IMG/VR virus record: IMGVR_UViG_3300030372_001717
Strand: one strand, 5' to 3'
DNA length: 64,000 nucleotides
Origin: an uncultured virus (IMG/VR IMGVR_UViG_3300030372_001717)
Taxonomy: Duplodnaviria; Heunggongvirae; Uroviricota; Caudoviricetes
Part shown: one piece after another, positions 53,570-64,000 of the stretch
Layout: the number at the start of each line of letters is the position of its first letter
Position numbering within the stretch: the stretch's first letter is position 1
The notes under the pieces: model-generated
What the model saw: only the letters and a program-made list of their open reading frames with translations
Told to the model about the DNA's origin: nothing
Databases searched by the model: none
Program-made: the position numbers and the translations under genes

Positions 53570-55857
53570 TATCTTAATCCATCCGGTCTAACGTTTAATC
53601 TCAGGTCACCAAGAGTCCACGCTACGTCTGTAACAGTGCTCTCAATACGCAAAGCTGCTTGCCGGGACCGACTACGCAAGAACGCCTGTTGAGTAGTAGA
53701 CTGAACCGCGCTTGTAGAGTTGGTGGACAAGCTATCTCCAGGGAAGTTTCGTGTTTTTAAAATGTAATTAACAGCCGCGCTAGTATCGCTACCCGTAATA
53801 CTGATGTCCGGAATCAAACGATCTATAAACATAAACTGTTCACCGTCGCCTAAATCAAAGTCCGCAGACTCTATAAAAGAAGTCATTGCAGCGCCGTCTG
53901 CATTGTTTCCGGTCTCATGTATGTAAACGTAGTTGACATCTCCGTCTTTACCGCAAGCCCTTGGATTGTCATGTATGCCGTAATCTACCCAAGCTGTTCT
54001 GGATAAAGTACCCAAGTCCCATGTGTTTTCAGTAAAGTTGAATTTGACGTAACGATCTATCTCCGTAGAACTGGCGGTAGGATAAAACCAAAACACCTCA
54101 TCAAACATTTTATTCGACGCTGCAAAACATTTGAAGCCTTGCTCCAAGTTTATGTCGTCAAATACATACCTAAGCAGGGTACAAGGTATAACTTGTATAC
54201 GTCCCGTGTAGACGTAGAAGTTTTCTCTGTCCATCCAGAAAACCTTGTCGCCTACTGTAGTTGCCGCGTTTGGTCCTATGATAGACACGTTACTGGCAAC
54301 CATGCCTATCCTAAACGCACCAAAGTCTCCCCCACCTGAAGTCATAGAATGAAGAGAAGTGTCCGTCCAAATTAACATTTCTTGGCGAGTTTTCTTGGCT
54401 GATATTATTTCGGAACCAGAAGATACCCGTATAGAATCTGCTGTGTTTGTTGCAGTGGGAGTCCAGTCAAACGGATCTTCTAGACTTGACCACCTTACCA
54501 AAAGCAAATCTTGTTGTGTTTCTCCCAAAGGATTGCAGGCAAAACAAACCAAGTGCCTAGCTTGCGGGGCCATCATTATTCTACGAGTAATTGTAGGTGC
54601 TCCAGAAGCCCCTGTCTGCGAGGCAAGAGAAGTAGCTCTATTACCTAAACCAAGCGTCTTGTCCCAATAGTAAGGTGCTCCATCATAAACGTTAAAAGCA
54701 AGATCTTCACCCCAATTGTCTTGGGTCCACAACCTAATGTTAGAACCAACCTCCGCCGAAGTAGATGACTCGTCGCCCCATCCAACAAAATCATTAGCTT
54801 CCTTAACACCTACACCATCATCATGTGCAACGGCTAAGGTTCCTCTTGCACCTCTTACTACCCCAGCGTTAATGGTGTTAGAAGACTTTCCGGTGTATTG
54901 AACTAATTCGTCTTCAATCAACATAAGACCAACAAAGGTCACCGTGTCACCACTTGAAGAAGACGCAGCGGTAGTGCCGTCGTCACCTCTGATTATGTCG
55001 CCAAACACATTATTAGAATTACTGCCGTAACGAATGTTTTCGCTGCCAATCTTTATGGTTCCTTTACTTGGAAAACCAGAAGAGTCTGCTACAGCTATTG
55101 TTGTGTCAGAAGCAGAACGGTCAGAAGATGTGGTGGTACTTGCCGTTTCAAAATCTGCCGCACTTGTTAGCGTAAAAGAAGTATCTGAGTTACTAATGCC
55201 ACCAGAATCATTTAAGGTAGTTTGAGTGTATCCCGTTACATAACCACCCCACAAACCTGCTCCCCAACCATTACCTGCTATGACCGTTCCAAGACCCGTA
55301 TTGATTTGATAAACGGCTATGACAGAAGAACCGCCACCAGAGGTGTTACCGGAAGAAGCCGAGCCTGCGGTTGATATGGTGAAAGAATTTGAATCAATTA
55401 AAGTTATTTGGTGCTCTTTATTAAGTTGACCCGTTGTTATACCGTCTACGGCGGTGGCACCACTAAACGTCACAAAGTCACCTTCGACAGCACCGTGAGA
55501 AGGCGCAGTCACCGTCACTACTCCACTACCAGAAGAACCTGTTTTAAGTGGGTTTGATCCTAGTGTGGTTGTCGTTCTAATAGGAGTTATGTCGTTGTAG
55601 CCACCGCCCTCTTCAATGTAAAATTTAGATTCCGTGCCAAGACCTAGATATTTAGAACCGTTTAATGCTGCCCATACATGTAAAGAACGACCTGTTCCTT
55701 CTATGGTGTTACTACTAAGACGTTCCCAACCGCCCATTTTTTCAGGACGACCTTTACGAAAACGGATTAAATCAGAATTAAACCACCCGTTCTCATTAGC
55801 ATAAGAGGTGGTTTCTCGATTTACGCCCGGTTGAAATTGTATTTTACTTAGAGGCAT
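53569..55857 (-). CDS. tail nozzle/packaged-DNA stabilization-type protein
   Basis: MPLSKIQFQPGVNRE...RFRKGRPEKMGGW; WTQDNWGEDL; VRWS; FDEVFWFYP; ends RPDGLR. Confidence 0.7.
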   Translation of the reverse strand: MPLSKIQFQPGVNRETTSYANENGWFNSDLIRFRKGRPEKMGGWERLSSNTIEGTGRSLHVWAALNGSKYLGLGTESKFYIEEGGGYNDITPIRTTTTLGSNPLKTGSSGSGVVTVTAPSHGAVEGDFVTFSGATAVDGITTGQLNKEHQITLIDSNSFTISTAGSASSGNTSGGGSSVIAVYQINTGLGTVIAGNGWGAGLWGGYVTGYTQTTLNDSGGISNSDTSFTLTSAADFETASTTTSSDRSASDTTIAVADSSGFPSKGTIKIGSENIRYGSNSNNVFGDIIRGDDGTTAASSSSGDTVTFVGLMLIEDELVQYTGKSSNTINAGVVRGARGTLAVAHDDGVGVKEANDFVGWGDESSTSAEVGSNIRLWTQDNWGEDLAFNVYDGAPYYWDKTLGLGNRATSLASQTGASGAPTITRRIMMAPQARHLVCFACNPLGETQQDLLLVRWSSLEDPFDWTPTATNTADSIRVSSGSEIISAKKTRQEMLIWTDTSLHSMTSGGGDFGAFRIGMVASNVSIIGPNAATTVGDKVFWMDRENFYVYTGRIQVIPCTLLRYVFDDINLEQGFKCFAASNKMFDEVFWFYPTASSTEIDRYVKFNFTENTWDLGTLSRTAWVDYGIHDNPRACGKDGDVNYVYIHETGNNADGAAMTSFIESADFDLGDGEQFMFIDRLIPDISITGSDTSAAVNYILKTRNFPGDSLSTNSTSAVQSTTQQAFLRSRSRQAALRIESTVTDVAWTLGDLRLNVRPDGLR

Positions 55858-56544
55858 TTACTCACCCATCATAGGCCAATCATACATTGGTGCGTTACCC
55901 GTGGGCTTACCATCGCTGTCCACAGGTGTATCAAACAACGCTTTAAAAGAAGTAAACACAGCGGCTACTTCAGCATCGTGATCAGATACTATTTTCTTTT
56001 CAGCATCCGTGCGGTCATCCTCAAGTTTTGCTCTTGCCGCTGCATAATTTGAAGGAGTTTCTGGATAGGTTATATCTGTTATACTCTTTCTAATAGCAGT
56101 ACATGCTGTAATAACTGCTGCACGATAAGTTGCTACATCAGAATCAACAGCACGATCACGTTCTGCTTTTGCTATCACTTGCCAATCTGTAGGAGCTAAA
56201 AGGCCGTTAGCTTTTTCTTTTATTCTATTAACCCACTGAGATTTAAGACCAGGTGTAATTACTTGATTACCGTCTGCATCAAGAATAGCCTTACCATCGT
56301 TATCAACTTCTTTTACATCCTCAAGACTTCGTTCTTTAGAAGTCCAAGTACCATCTATATGTGGCCCATTTACCCAATAAAACTTACTATCTGGTTTTGT
56401 TTGTATACTAACTTCTTTAATACCATAAGAAGCTTTAACATCATCTGACCATACAGATGCCCAGTTGCTTGGATGCTGTAGCCCATTGTCATCAACCCAA
56501 GACTTACCGGGCTTTAATTCTTTTGTATTATTTAATACAAACAT
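55858..56544 (-). CDS. tail fibre assembly/chaperone-like protein
   Basis: QHPSNW, GLKSQW, LAPTDWQVI...YRAAV, ends YDWP; follows a fibre gene. Confidence 0.6.
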   Translation of the reverse strand: MFVLNNTKELKPGKSWVDDNGLQHPSNWASVWSDDVKASYGIKEVSIQTKPDSKFYWVNGPHIDGTWTSKERSLEDVKEVDNDGKAILDADGNQVITPGLKSQWVNRIKEKANGLLAPTDWQVIAKAERDRAVDSDVATYRAAVITACTAIRKSITDITYPETPSNYAAARAKLEDDRTDAEKKIVSDHDAEVAAVFTSFKALFDTPVDSDGKPTGNAPMYDWPMMGE

Positions 56545-56553
56545 CTCTATCTC

Positions 56554-59500
56554 CTATCGTGCCGTTGCTGGCGTGGTTCCTGCAAAGGGGTGTTCTGCCC
56601 AAGCTCCAAATATCATGTCATCATCAGTTGTAACGATGCTGCCTAGATCACAGACAAATCCATTACTTATAATATCAATGTAAACACCAGAATTAGATGC
56701 TTCTGTGCCAGGATCATCCCATTTTACATATCTATAAGCTGGATTATTTGGATCACGGGCTATGTCCTGAACATACCAGCTATCGGCAGCACTTGTTCTT
56801 TTCAGAAAAATTAACGCTGGTGTAAATCCACATTCAACAAACGGGTCACCAGAACTGCCCGATGAAAATGATCCAAATTTTGAGAATCCTGGTACTTCTG
56901 CCCAGCAATATGCGATCATATCATCTGTGGATTTGTTGACATCAGTCGTTCCATCCACTGAAAAGACCGTGCTAGTTGGTGTAGTGTCCTGCCAGCGATC
57001 ACCAGTCGTCGCTGCATTAGTAAGATCTAAAAAACTATGATGAGTATTACCCTGACCAACATGATAAACCGGCCAGTTGTTTCCTGCGCTGTCACGGTTT
57101 TTTACTACAATCCATTTTGGAACAGCCCCAAGTCCATGTCCTATCGTAGCATTAGCTCCAGAACCCGTCCAAGATACTATAGAAAAGCCAGCCGTTTGAT
57201 TGACACTAACAGTGCTTGTGATGCTGCCGTTTGAATTGCTTGAACCCGTAGTGTTATCAGCAAGCCATTGCCATGCGATCATTGTCTTAGTGTTAGCGTT
57301 AGGGGCTGAGTTATTTCCACCACCTTGAAAACTAAACCCATCAGCGTCAAATGATTCAAATGCTTTATTCCCTGAACCTTCATCATCATTATGTTCTGAA
57401 AAATTTTGATTCGGGGTCAATCGTCTTGGATTAGTTGCATCGCTTCGTTGGACATCATATAAACTTGAATTAGGTGGATAAGACTCTCTACCCTGAAGCC
57501 ATAAAAGATCTGGTTTAAATGTGCTATTACCAGTTTGATTGATTTCTTGTGTACTACCATTACCTGTATATAGTGTTGTTTGGAAATGAGCAGAGCCGTC
57601 TTCAATAGCGGGTGCTGATCCTGCAAAAGCATCTTTAGCTGTAAGACCCGTNNNNNNNNNNTCTGTGCCTGTAAATGAAACAACATAGTAAGGCTCGTCT
57701 GCAAAACCCAAACTGCTATAAGTTGTGTCAAGGCTACCATTAAAATAATATCTAACAGTGGTCGAACCAATGGTAGACATATCAACTTCAAATGTAAGTC
57801 GTGAATTTGTTGTTGGCTTATTAGTTGGTGCAGTTAGTGAGCCATTATCAAATGCGGCGGTGTTTGACCCAGTGCCACCTGATTTAATCAGGCTAAATGT
57901 AAATTGATCATTTGTTCCAGTAAGAGGTGAAGCATCTGATGACCACATGCTATGGGGTACAAGAGCCAATTGGAATCTTGCATATGCGCTGGAGTGCATA
58001 CTCTCAGTCACGGCCTCAAAGTGATATTTCTGCCCTGGCTGAAGCAATTGAGAAGCCGCTGCCATAATATCACCAGAGCTGCCACTTGTATGAGTCAGTG
58101 TTCTGTTGCCATTCGTAAATGTCCAATCACTTGCAACACCAGAAAAGCTGGTCTGATGACGGGTAATTAACGGTGAGAAAGTGGCTGCATTGGTCGTCGG
58201 GCTGTCAGTGGTCTGCGTGGGTGAATTCACTGTTATAAACCCGCTAGTACCTCCTACGTTTCCACCGTTTAATGTTGTACTGCCATTAACCCATCTAAAG
58301 TATTCCCAATCAAGACTTGATGAACTTTGACCAATTAAAATACGTACTTCACTTGAACTAGTACCTGTAAATGTATGTCGTAAAGTTCCATCTTCAAAAA
58401 CTTTAAACTCACTGCCTGACCGTTGAAACTTTACAACTTCACCGCTTGCTGCTGTAAAGATTGATGATGCTTCAGTAGATGATCCTTTTAGTGCATTAAC
58501 AGCATTGCCACTTGTAAAGAACAGATAAAAACTATCTGTCATAGAACCCATGCCACCATCTGACGAGCCACTAGAAAAAGTACCGTCTTCGTCAATTTCA
58601 TAAACACCAACATAAGCTGGATTTGATCCACCCTTCCATGTAAAATCAAAAGCAAAATCACCAGTAAAAGTCTTGTTAGTTCTGATCGCTCCTTGGTTGC
58701 CACCAGTAGCAACTATGTCCGTATCAAGCGTACTAAAGTCTCCCGTGTCGCCGTTCCATTCAGACGCTGTTGTCATCGCTACGCCAACGCCGCTTCCTGA
58801 TTTGTAGTCTGCTCCAAGGTAATTGCTGTCTGTAAATGGGAGGTAAAATCCTTGATCTCCCGCACCTTGAGTAGGACTTAAAACAATACAAACAGTTCTA
58901 GCACGAGTATCGTTTGATGAAGGTGTACAAGTTACGGTAAAGTCACCACCAGTTGATTTTGCTGAAGATGCGCCAGATTGAACCACACCACTTCCAATCA
59001 CCTGATCAACATTTTCTGTAACATCACTAGACCAACCATGTGTACGGCTACCAGTACCACCACGCCCAGCAAGAATAACACTACCGTCTGGTATATCTGA
59101 TAAAGTAAATGAAGCTGTTGAATCTGATGTTGTTTGCATATTAGATAAAAAATGATCACCTGTTACTGCCCAAGCGATAACTCCGCACTGAGACATACCT
59201 GTGTTCCATGTGACAACAATATCCCCAGTTGTACCCGATGGAACGTCAGCCCTCCAAAGTTCAGAAACATAATATTGTGGTTCAACCGAGTTAGAAACAT
59301 CAGATACTCTAGTAGCAGATACCCCACCAACCGTTAAAGAACTCACATCAGGGGCAGTAACTCCTGGTTCTTGCCCTGTTGCAAAAACATAAACAGAACG
59401 AGTAGAGGATGCTGTTCCTAATGCTACGCCGCTATAGGTATAAGTTGTGAGGGGATTAGCGTTTACCGCACTTGCCGAATTAGCTATCGCTTCGGCTGTT

Positions 59501-60168
59501 GAGCTTACGGTAAAAAGATCGCTAGAACTAACATCTATAGGACGCCAAACACCATTATCATCTTTTTCACCAAAAGCTGTTGGGGCTAAACTCTGTCCGT
59601 CACAGTAAACGACTTCAGATATGTAGCCGTCCCAGTCATGTCCTGTCCCACCTGACCAACTACCAATTCTCCAGTCAGGAGTGTTTTGAAAAATGTCACC
59701 GTTTTCACTCGGATAAGTTGGAGTGCCATCAATGTCTGACACTAGTTCTCCATTGATATACAGTTTTACTCTGTTAGACGCTGTGTCTTGACTCGTATCT
59801 ATCCGAACAACCGCATTATACCAAGCGTGCGGATCTCTGAAAACTCGCTCGGTTGTAATACTAGTGCCACCCGCCGCATTACCGTTTACAAGCATTTTGT
59901 TGCTTGAGCCAAAAATCAAAAGCTCGATATTGGGCGAACTGCCGTCTCCGTGATTCCAAATTCTTAAATTGTTCCCGCTGGGAAAATTACCACGTTTAAA
60001 CCAAACTGATATTGTGCCTATGTCTGCGCTTGAGGGATTAGATGATGAATCACCTGTATTTATTTTTCGCAGATACTTATCATTATCGTCATCAAGCACC
60101 ATACTGTTATTAATAGCAAAACCGCCAGAAGAAAAAGATAAAATACCAAGAGGAATAGAGTGAAGCAT
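56554..60168 (-). CDS. LamG-containing tail fibre; spans the N gap and is probably a chimeric ORF
   Basis: LamG N-terminus; DSPT motif; LYTGNG...FKPDLLW and AGFSIVSWTG...HGLG C-terminal repeats. Confidence 0.6.
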   Translation of the reverse strand: MLHSIPLGILSFSSGGFAINNSMVLDDDNDKYLRKINTGDSSSNPSSADIGTISVWFKRGNFPSGNNLRIWNHGDGSSPNIELLIFGSSNKMLVNGNAAGGTSITTERVFRDPHAWYNAVVRIDTSQDTASNRVKLYINGELVSDIDGTPTYPSENGDIFQNTPDWRIGSWSGGTGHDWDGYISEVVYCDGQSLAPTAFGEKDDNGVWRPIDVSSSDLFTVSSTAEAIANSASAVNANPLTTYTYSGVALGTASSTRSVYVFATGQEPGVTAPDVSSLTVGGVSATRVSDVSNSVEPQYYVSELWRADVPSGTTGDIVVTWNTGMSQCGVIAWAVTGDHFLSNMQTTSDSTASFTLSDIPDGSVILAGRGGTGSRTHGWSSDVTENVDQVIGSGVVQSGASSAKSTGGDFTVTCTPSSNDTRARTVCIVLSPTQGAGDQGFYLPFTDSNYLGADYKSGSGVGVAMTTASEWNGDTGDFSTLDTDIVATGGNQGAIRTNKTFTGDFAFDFTWKGGSNPAYVGVYEIDEDGTFSSGSSDGGMGSMTDSFYLFFTSGNAVNALKGSSTEASSIFTAASGEVVKFQRSGSEFKVFEDGTLRHTFTGTSSSEVRILIGQSSSSLDWEYFRWVNGSTTLNGGNVGGTSGFITVNSPTQTTDSPTTNAATFSPLITRHQTSFSGVASDWTFTNGNRTLTHTSGSSGDIMAAASQLLQPGQKYHFEAVTESMHSSAYARFQLALVPHSMWSSDASPLTGTNDQFTFSLIKSGGTGSNTAAFDNGSLTAPTNKPTTNSRLTFEVDMSTIGSTTVRYYFNGSLDTTYSSLGFADEPYYVVSFTGTXXXXTGLTAKDAFAGSAPAIEDGSAHFQTTLYTGNGSTQEINQTGNSTFKPDLLWLQGRESYPPNSSLYDVQRSDATNPRRLTPNQNFSEHNDDEGSGNKAFESFDADGFSFQGGGNNSAPNANTKTMIAWQWLADNTTGSSNSNGSITSTVSVNQTAGFSIVSWTGSGANATIGHGLGAVPKWIVVKNRDSAGNNWPVYHVGQGNTHHSFLDLTNAATTGDRWQDTTPTSTVFSVDGTTDVNKSTDDMIAYCWAEVPGFSKFGSFSSGSSGDPFVECGFTPALIFLKRTSAADSWYVQDIARDPNNPAYRYVKWDDPGTEASNSGVYIDIISNGFVCDLGSIVTTDDDMIFGAWAEHPFAGTTPATAR
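57652..57661. other. scaffold gap
   Basis: 10 consecutive N. Confidence 0.99.
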
Positions 60169-62559
60169 TTAACTTACGCCACCATGATTACCTATAAGAA
60201 GCCACGTATCAGTAGCTATTTTTAAACAAGACGCTGAAGCGTACTGTGCAGCTATCGCACCTGAACCTGTGCTTACACCGTTTACGGTTACACCACTACC
60301 ACCTGTAATGGTAGTTGTTCCAGAACCTAACATTACTACATCAATTCTATCACCTACTGCAAAAGCTACACTAGAGTTAGGAGGTATTGTTAAAGTATTA
60401 GAACTTGCGTTACTCATTGTTACTGTTTTAAACGCATCACCAATAACTAATGTATACGATGTTCCTGTTTGAGCATTAACGGCACCAGCTATTTTAGCAG
60501 GAGTTACAGCGTTATCTTGAATATCCGCTGTTTCAATTGTATCAGCAGGCAGTACAGGAACTTGACTAAATGTAACTACACCGTTAGATGCTATAGCAAT
60601 TGCATCTGTATCACTTGTATGCCCAATGTTTGTGCCGTTAATAATAATGTCGTCTACGGTAAGAGTAGTCAGAGTACCAAGAGAAGTAATGTTACTTTGA
60701 GCGGAACCTGTAACAGTAGCTGCTGTACCACTGACGTTACCAGTTACGTTACCAGTTAAGTCTCCTTCAAATACTGCATTAATTGTTCCTACAGAACCAC
60801 TAACAACTTCACTAGATATACTTGCATCAGGTATAAATTTAAGTTTATAAGAGTCGTTATCATCAATACCAAGAAATGCAGTTTTTGCTGCACTACCTGT
60901 ATGATATTGCATTGCGATACCTACGTCTTTATTGGTATCTGATCCTAGCACACCACCATCAGATGCTGTTTGTAGGGTAATAATAGGATCAACAACGGCC
61001 AGTGTCGTTGTGTCAAGTGTTGTAGTTGTGCCGTTAACAGTAAAATTACCCGTCACTGTAAGATTCTGTGACATAGATACATTGCCGCTAGAATCAATAG
61101 CCATAGAATCTGTATCACTAGCAGAGCCAATATTACCACCATCAGGTATAACAAGACCACCTGCACTTAGTGTGAGAACACCCGCACCAGACAATTGCAT
61201 TTTAGAAGCAGGAGTATCAGTGTTGGCAGCTTTTGTTTTAAAATCAATAGAAGATGTGCCAGTTCCATCACCACCACCTGAAGACAGTGTGAGATTACCG
61301 CCGTTTACGTTATTAGAGCCTGTAGCACTAGAACCAGCAGCAACCGTCAGATTTTTACCTGCTGTTGTGCTAGTAGTAGAGGCTACACCAATTTCCCAGT
61401 TAGCTCCGTTAGTAAACGTTACACCACCATCATCTATCTGTACAATATCTGTACCGTCTACATCAAAAAGTATCTTACCAGCATCTCCACCAGTATCGGC
61501 GGTTGCTGTAGATATTTCTAGATAGTTAAGTGTCTGTGCGCTGGAATCAAATACAGCTTGTATCATTCCTTTCTCAGCGTCTGCACCACCTATAGATATA
61601 GATGGACTACCATCGTTTACATCTTCTAGAAGTTTAAGATCAGAGCCATCAAAGGTAAGGTGATCTTCACCTGCAAGGGCGTTAGCACCAGTAACTGTAG
61701 CTATTGTATTGTCAGTGCTTCCAGTAAGAGAAACGTTGTTAAGTGAACTTAAACCATCTAGAAGGTTCAATTCTGTAGCAGTAGACGTAACAAGAGTGCC
61801 ACCTAGTTTAAGACCACCCGCTGCACCATCGTGTGTGATAATATCTACTGTGATATCAGTATCAGTACCTGCACCTAATATTGAAAGACCTTTAGTAAGA
61901 GTGCCATCATTCTCTGCAACAAAAAAGTCTATGCCGCCTTGTTCACCACCAGCGGTAACATCTACAATGGTAGATTGTATGCGTCCGTATGTTGTAGCAG
62001 CGTTTCCTGCATCTTCACTCAAAAAATCTATGTTGCCAATTACATCGTTTGTTGCTGGGCTGCTTCCGTCTTTTTTAAATTTAAGTGTTGCACTGTTAGC
62101 ATCTGCGTTACTGTTAAACAACGTTAGAACAGGTTTGGCAGAGGTTGCACTTTCGATGGCCATATCTGATCCTGTCAATACAAGATCATTATCGCCATCT
62201 TCATCGTATTCTATTGTCCATTCTGAGCCAGTTCCAAAGATAAGTTTTTCATCATCTGCGATCATAACATCGTCAGAATACTTAAACATATCCTCATCTT
62301 CTAACCACGTTAGAACACCGTCATTATTTTCCCCGTCAAACGTTACGGTAATGTCTGTTCCTGCAGTTCCTGCGCCTAGCGTGATAGAGTTACTACCTGC
62401 TAACTTTGATAGTCCACCACCATTACCTGCTGTTCCATCGTGTGTGTGACCGCTTGTACCAAAGGCTGTTACAATTGCATCAAACTCGTTATTAGAGTCA
62501 GACGCATTAATTGTATCGCCAGTTGTATACGTGCTTTGTCGTGATGCATATCCCGCCAT
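60169..62559 (-). CDS. tail fibre protein of the second phage segment
   Basis: MAGYASRQSTYTTGDTINASDSNNEFD...GHTHDGT; NITSLGTLTTLTV; C-terminal NAQTGTSYTLV...TIPPNSSVAF. Confidence 0.7.
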   Translation of the reverse strand: MAGYASRQSTYTTGDTINASDSNNEFDAIVTAFGTSGHTHDGTAGNGGGLSKLAGSNSITLGAGTAGTDITVTFDGENNDGVLTWLEDEDMFKYSDDVMIADDEKLIFGTGSEWTIEYDEDGDNDLVLTGSDMAIESATSAKPVLTLFNSNADANSATLKFKKDGSSPATNDVIGNIDFLSEDAGNAATTYGRIQSTIVDVTAGGEQGGIDFFVAENDGTLTKGLSILGAGTDTDITVDIITHDGAAGGLKLGGTLVTSTATELNLLDGLSSLNNVSLTGSTDNTIATVTGANALAGEDHLTFDGSDLKLLEDVNDGSPSISIGGADAEKGMIQAVFDSSAQTLNYLEISTATADTGGDAGKILFDVDGTDIVQIDDGGVTFTNGANWEIGVASTTSTTAGKNLTVAAGSSATGSNNVNGGNLTLSSGGGDGTGTSSIDFKTKAANTDTPASKMQLSGAGVLTLSAGGLVIPDGGNIGSASDTDSMAIDSSGNVSMSQNLTVTGNFTVNGTTTTLDTTTLAVVDPIITLQTASDGGVLGSDTNKDVGIAMQYHTGSAAKTAFLGIDDNDSYKLKFIPDASISSEVVSGSVGTINAVFEGDLTGNVTGNVSGTAATVTGSAQSNITSLGTLTTLTVDDIIINGTNIGHTSDTDAIAIASNGVVTFSQVPVLPADTIETADIQDNAVTPAKIAGAVNAQTGTSYTLVIGDAFKTVTMSNASSNTLTIPPNSSVAFAVGDRIDVVMLGSGTTTITGGSGVTVNGVSTGSGAIAAQYASASCLKIATDTWLLIGNHGGVS

Positions 62560-64000
62560 TACATTCTAGCCCCTGGAGTAAATTCTAGTTCAAATCCTTT
62601 TAGTGTTATAGGAGGATTACCTGATTCGTCTTCAACTCTTATAACTACTGTAAACCCACTACCCTCTACACTTTGTCGAACAATGGGTATTCCTGTTGCA
62701 CCGTACACGGACGTATCATAGGTTCCTGTTCCGTATACAGCGGCTGTGCTTTGTGTTGTTAAAGTATAAGCTGCAGGTTGCGGAGAACTTGCATCTTCAA
62801 AGTCATACTTTACAAATAGAGATGCGTTAACGCTTCCCTCTGTATCAAAGTTAAGATTGATACGTTGCATGTTTTTGCGTATACCCGCATCTCCCATAGT
62901 GAGGTCAGGAGAACGGTATATCGCTCTTATGTTTGTGCCATCAAAATCGTTACCTAGTTCCTGTCTAAAAACATAACCATCAAAACTACCATGCACTACA
63001 GTTTCATTGGCTCCTATAAAATCAGAGTCAGCAGAAGCTGCTTTAACACCTTTTAAATCTGCGTATTCCCACCCTATCTGTCCTTGTGGGTTTGACTTGA
63101 TAACGCCTATAATACCTTGTGCGCTGGCTTCTGAACCGCCTATGGTTGGGTAAAACAAGCGGTACTGGCTTTTGGTTCTAATAACAGTAGAACATATATT
63201 ATCAAAACCAATCTCATTAATACGTTGTTGTATTTGTTTTGATACAGTTCCTAGTTCTACGTCACCAATTCTAGCAGTACCAGCAATTGTACGTAGACCG
63301 TCTGGTGCTAGAAAGATTAAGTCACCACCTATTTCCTGCACACTGTTGCCATCGCTACAACCAATGTTACGAGACACTGGTGCAATTGCAAAGTCAGAAC
63401 TAGAACTACCTGTTAGTTTAAATATTCTGTCTTTGCCAAAGATAATAAGTGACTCACGAAACGATTTAAGAGCAACAACTTCCGTATCTACTTTTACGTT
63501 ACCTGAACCTGTGCCTGTATAATCAGTTTCATCAAACGGTACTGTAAACTGAACCTGTTGTTTTGCAGCAGAGGCACCAGCATAGAAGATATGGTTTTTA
63601 AATGCTGCTACTGATGTAGCGTTAGCTGGTGCGCCTGAAGCGTTTAGCGCGGTCAGTACACCGCCAGTAGTATATCTTGCTGGTGTGTTAGCACCATCGA
63701 CCCATATAATAGAGTCCGTTCCGTTAAAGTTATATTTTTCAAAACGTGGTCTATTAGGTGTATTGGATTGAGTACCGATAGAAGACCAAGCACCTCCTGT
63801 TCCAAACTTAACCGCTGTGCCAGAAATTGCTATAACACCGCTGTTAAATACAGCTACACCCGTAACCTTATTACTCCCGTTAACTTGACCAGAGGCAAAC
63901 TTAGTTGTTCCATCTATACGTCTATAACCACCCTTAACAGATGGCTCGTAATTTTGTAGTATACTAGCAGCACCCACAGGCATTGTGTACACATCACGGT
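62559..64000 (-). CDS. second nozzle/stabilization-type protein, 5' end beyond window
   Basis: LQNYEPSVKGGYRRIDG; QEIGGDLIFLAPDGLRTIAGTARIGDVELG; KSQYRLFY; frame open to window edge. Confidence 0.7.
   Translation of the reverse strand, partial: RDVYTMPVGAASILQNYEPSVKGGYRRIDGTTKFASGQVNGSNKVTGVAVFNSGVIAISGTAVKFGTGGAWSSIGTQSNTPNRPRFEKYNFNGTDSIIWVDGANTPARYTTGGVLTALNASGAPANATSVAAFKNHIFYAGASAAKQQVQFTVPFDETDYTGTGSGNVKVDTEVVALKSFRESLIIFGKDRIFKLTGSSSSDFAIAPVSRNIGCSDGNSVQEIGGDLIFLAPDGLRTIAGTARIGDVELGTVSKQIQQRINEIGFDNICSTVIRTKSQYRLFYPTIGGSEASAQGIIGVIKSNPQGQIGWEYADLKGVKAASADSDFIGANETVVHGSFDGYVFRQELGNDFDGTNIRAIYRSPDLTMGDAGIRKNMQRINLNFDTEGSVNASLFVKYDFEDASSPQPAAYTLTTQSTAAVYGTGTYDTSVYGATGIPIVRQSVEGSGFTVVIRVEDESGNPPITLKGFELEFTPGARM

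Noticed and set aside
1169..63959. Numerous + strand ORFs other than the SNF2 helicase
   Set aside because: Antisense shadows of well-supported, tightly coupled minus-strand genes
1..64000. tRNA/rRNA genes, integrase, diversity-generating retroelement
   Set aside because: None recognised by eye; no reverse transcriptase motifs; fibre paralogues are too diverged for a TR/VR pair. tRNAscan and HMM searches would be needed to exclude them fully

Overview
Bacteriophage DNA, almost all on the minus strand. Positions 1-57651 look like a nearly complete, permuted genome of a marine podovirus-like phage: tail and head genes, major capsid, GroES, portal, terminases, early genes, family A DNA polymerase, UvrD and SNF2 helicases, primase, endolysin and ejection-type proteins. 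The host is probably an alphaproteobacterium (inferred from a CtrA box and a parS site). After a 10-N scaffold gap (57652-57661), 57662-64000 holds a redundant second set of tail genes, probably from a different phage. The main find is a nuclease-less IS110/Nop-domain gene (28915-29721) followed directly by an array of 14 x ~36-nt dual-repeat units with 28 different ~8-nt spacers. This is a TIGR-Tas (TasA-like) RNA-guided system, and two paired spacers resemble conserved phage genes. Also seen: a perfect parS palindrome, a CtrA box next to DnaA boxes, a candidate anti-Shine-Dalgarno sRNA, a candidate double-pseudoknot leader after the capsid gene, a repeated 18-bp operator, and two repeat-rich non-coding loci. 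All family names come from motif recognition, not database searches.
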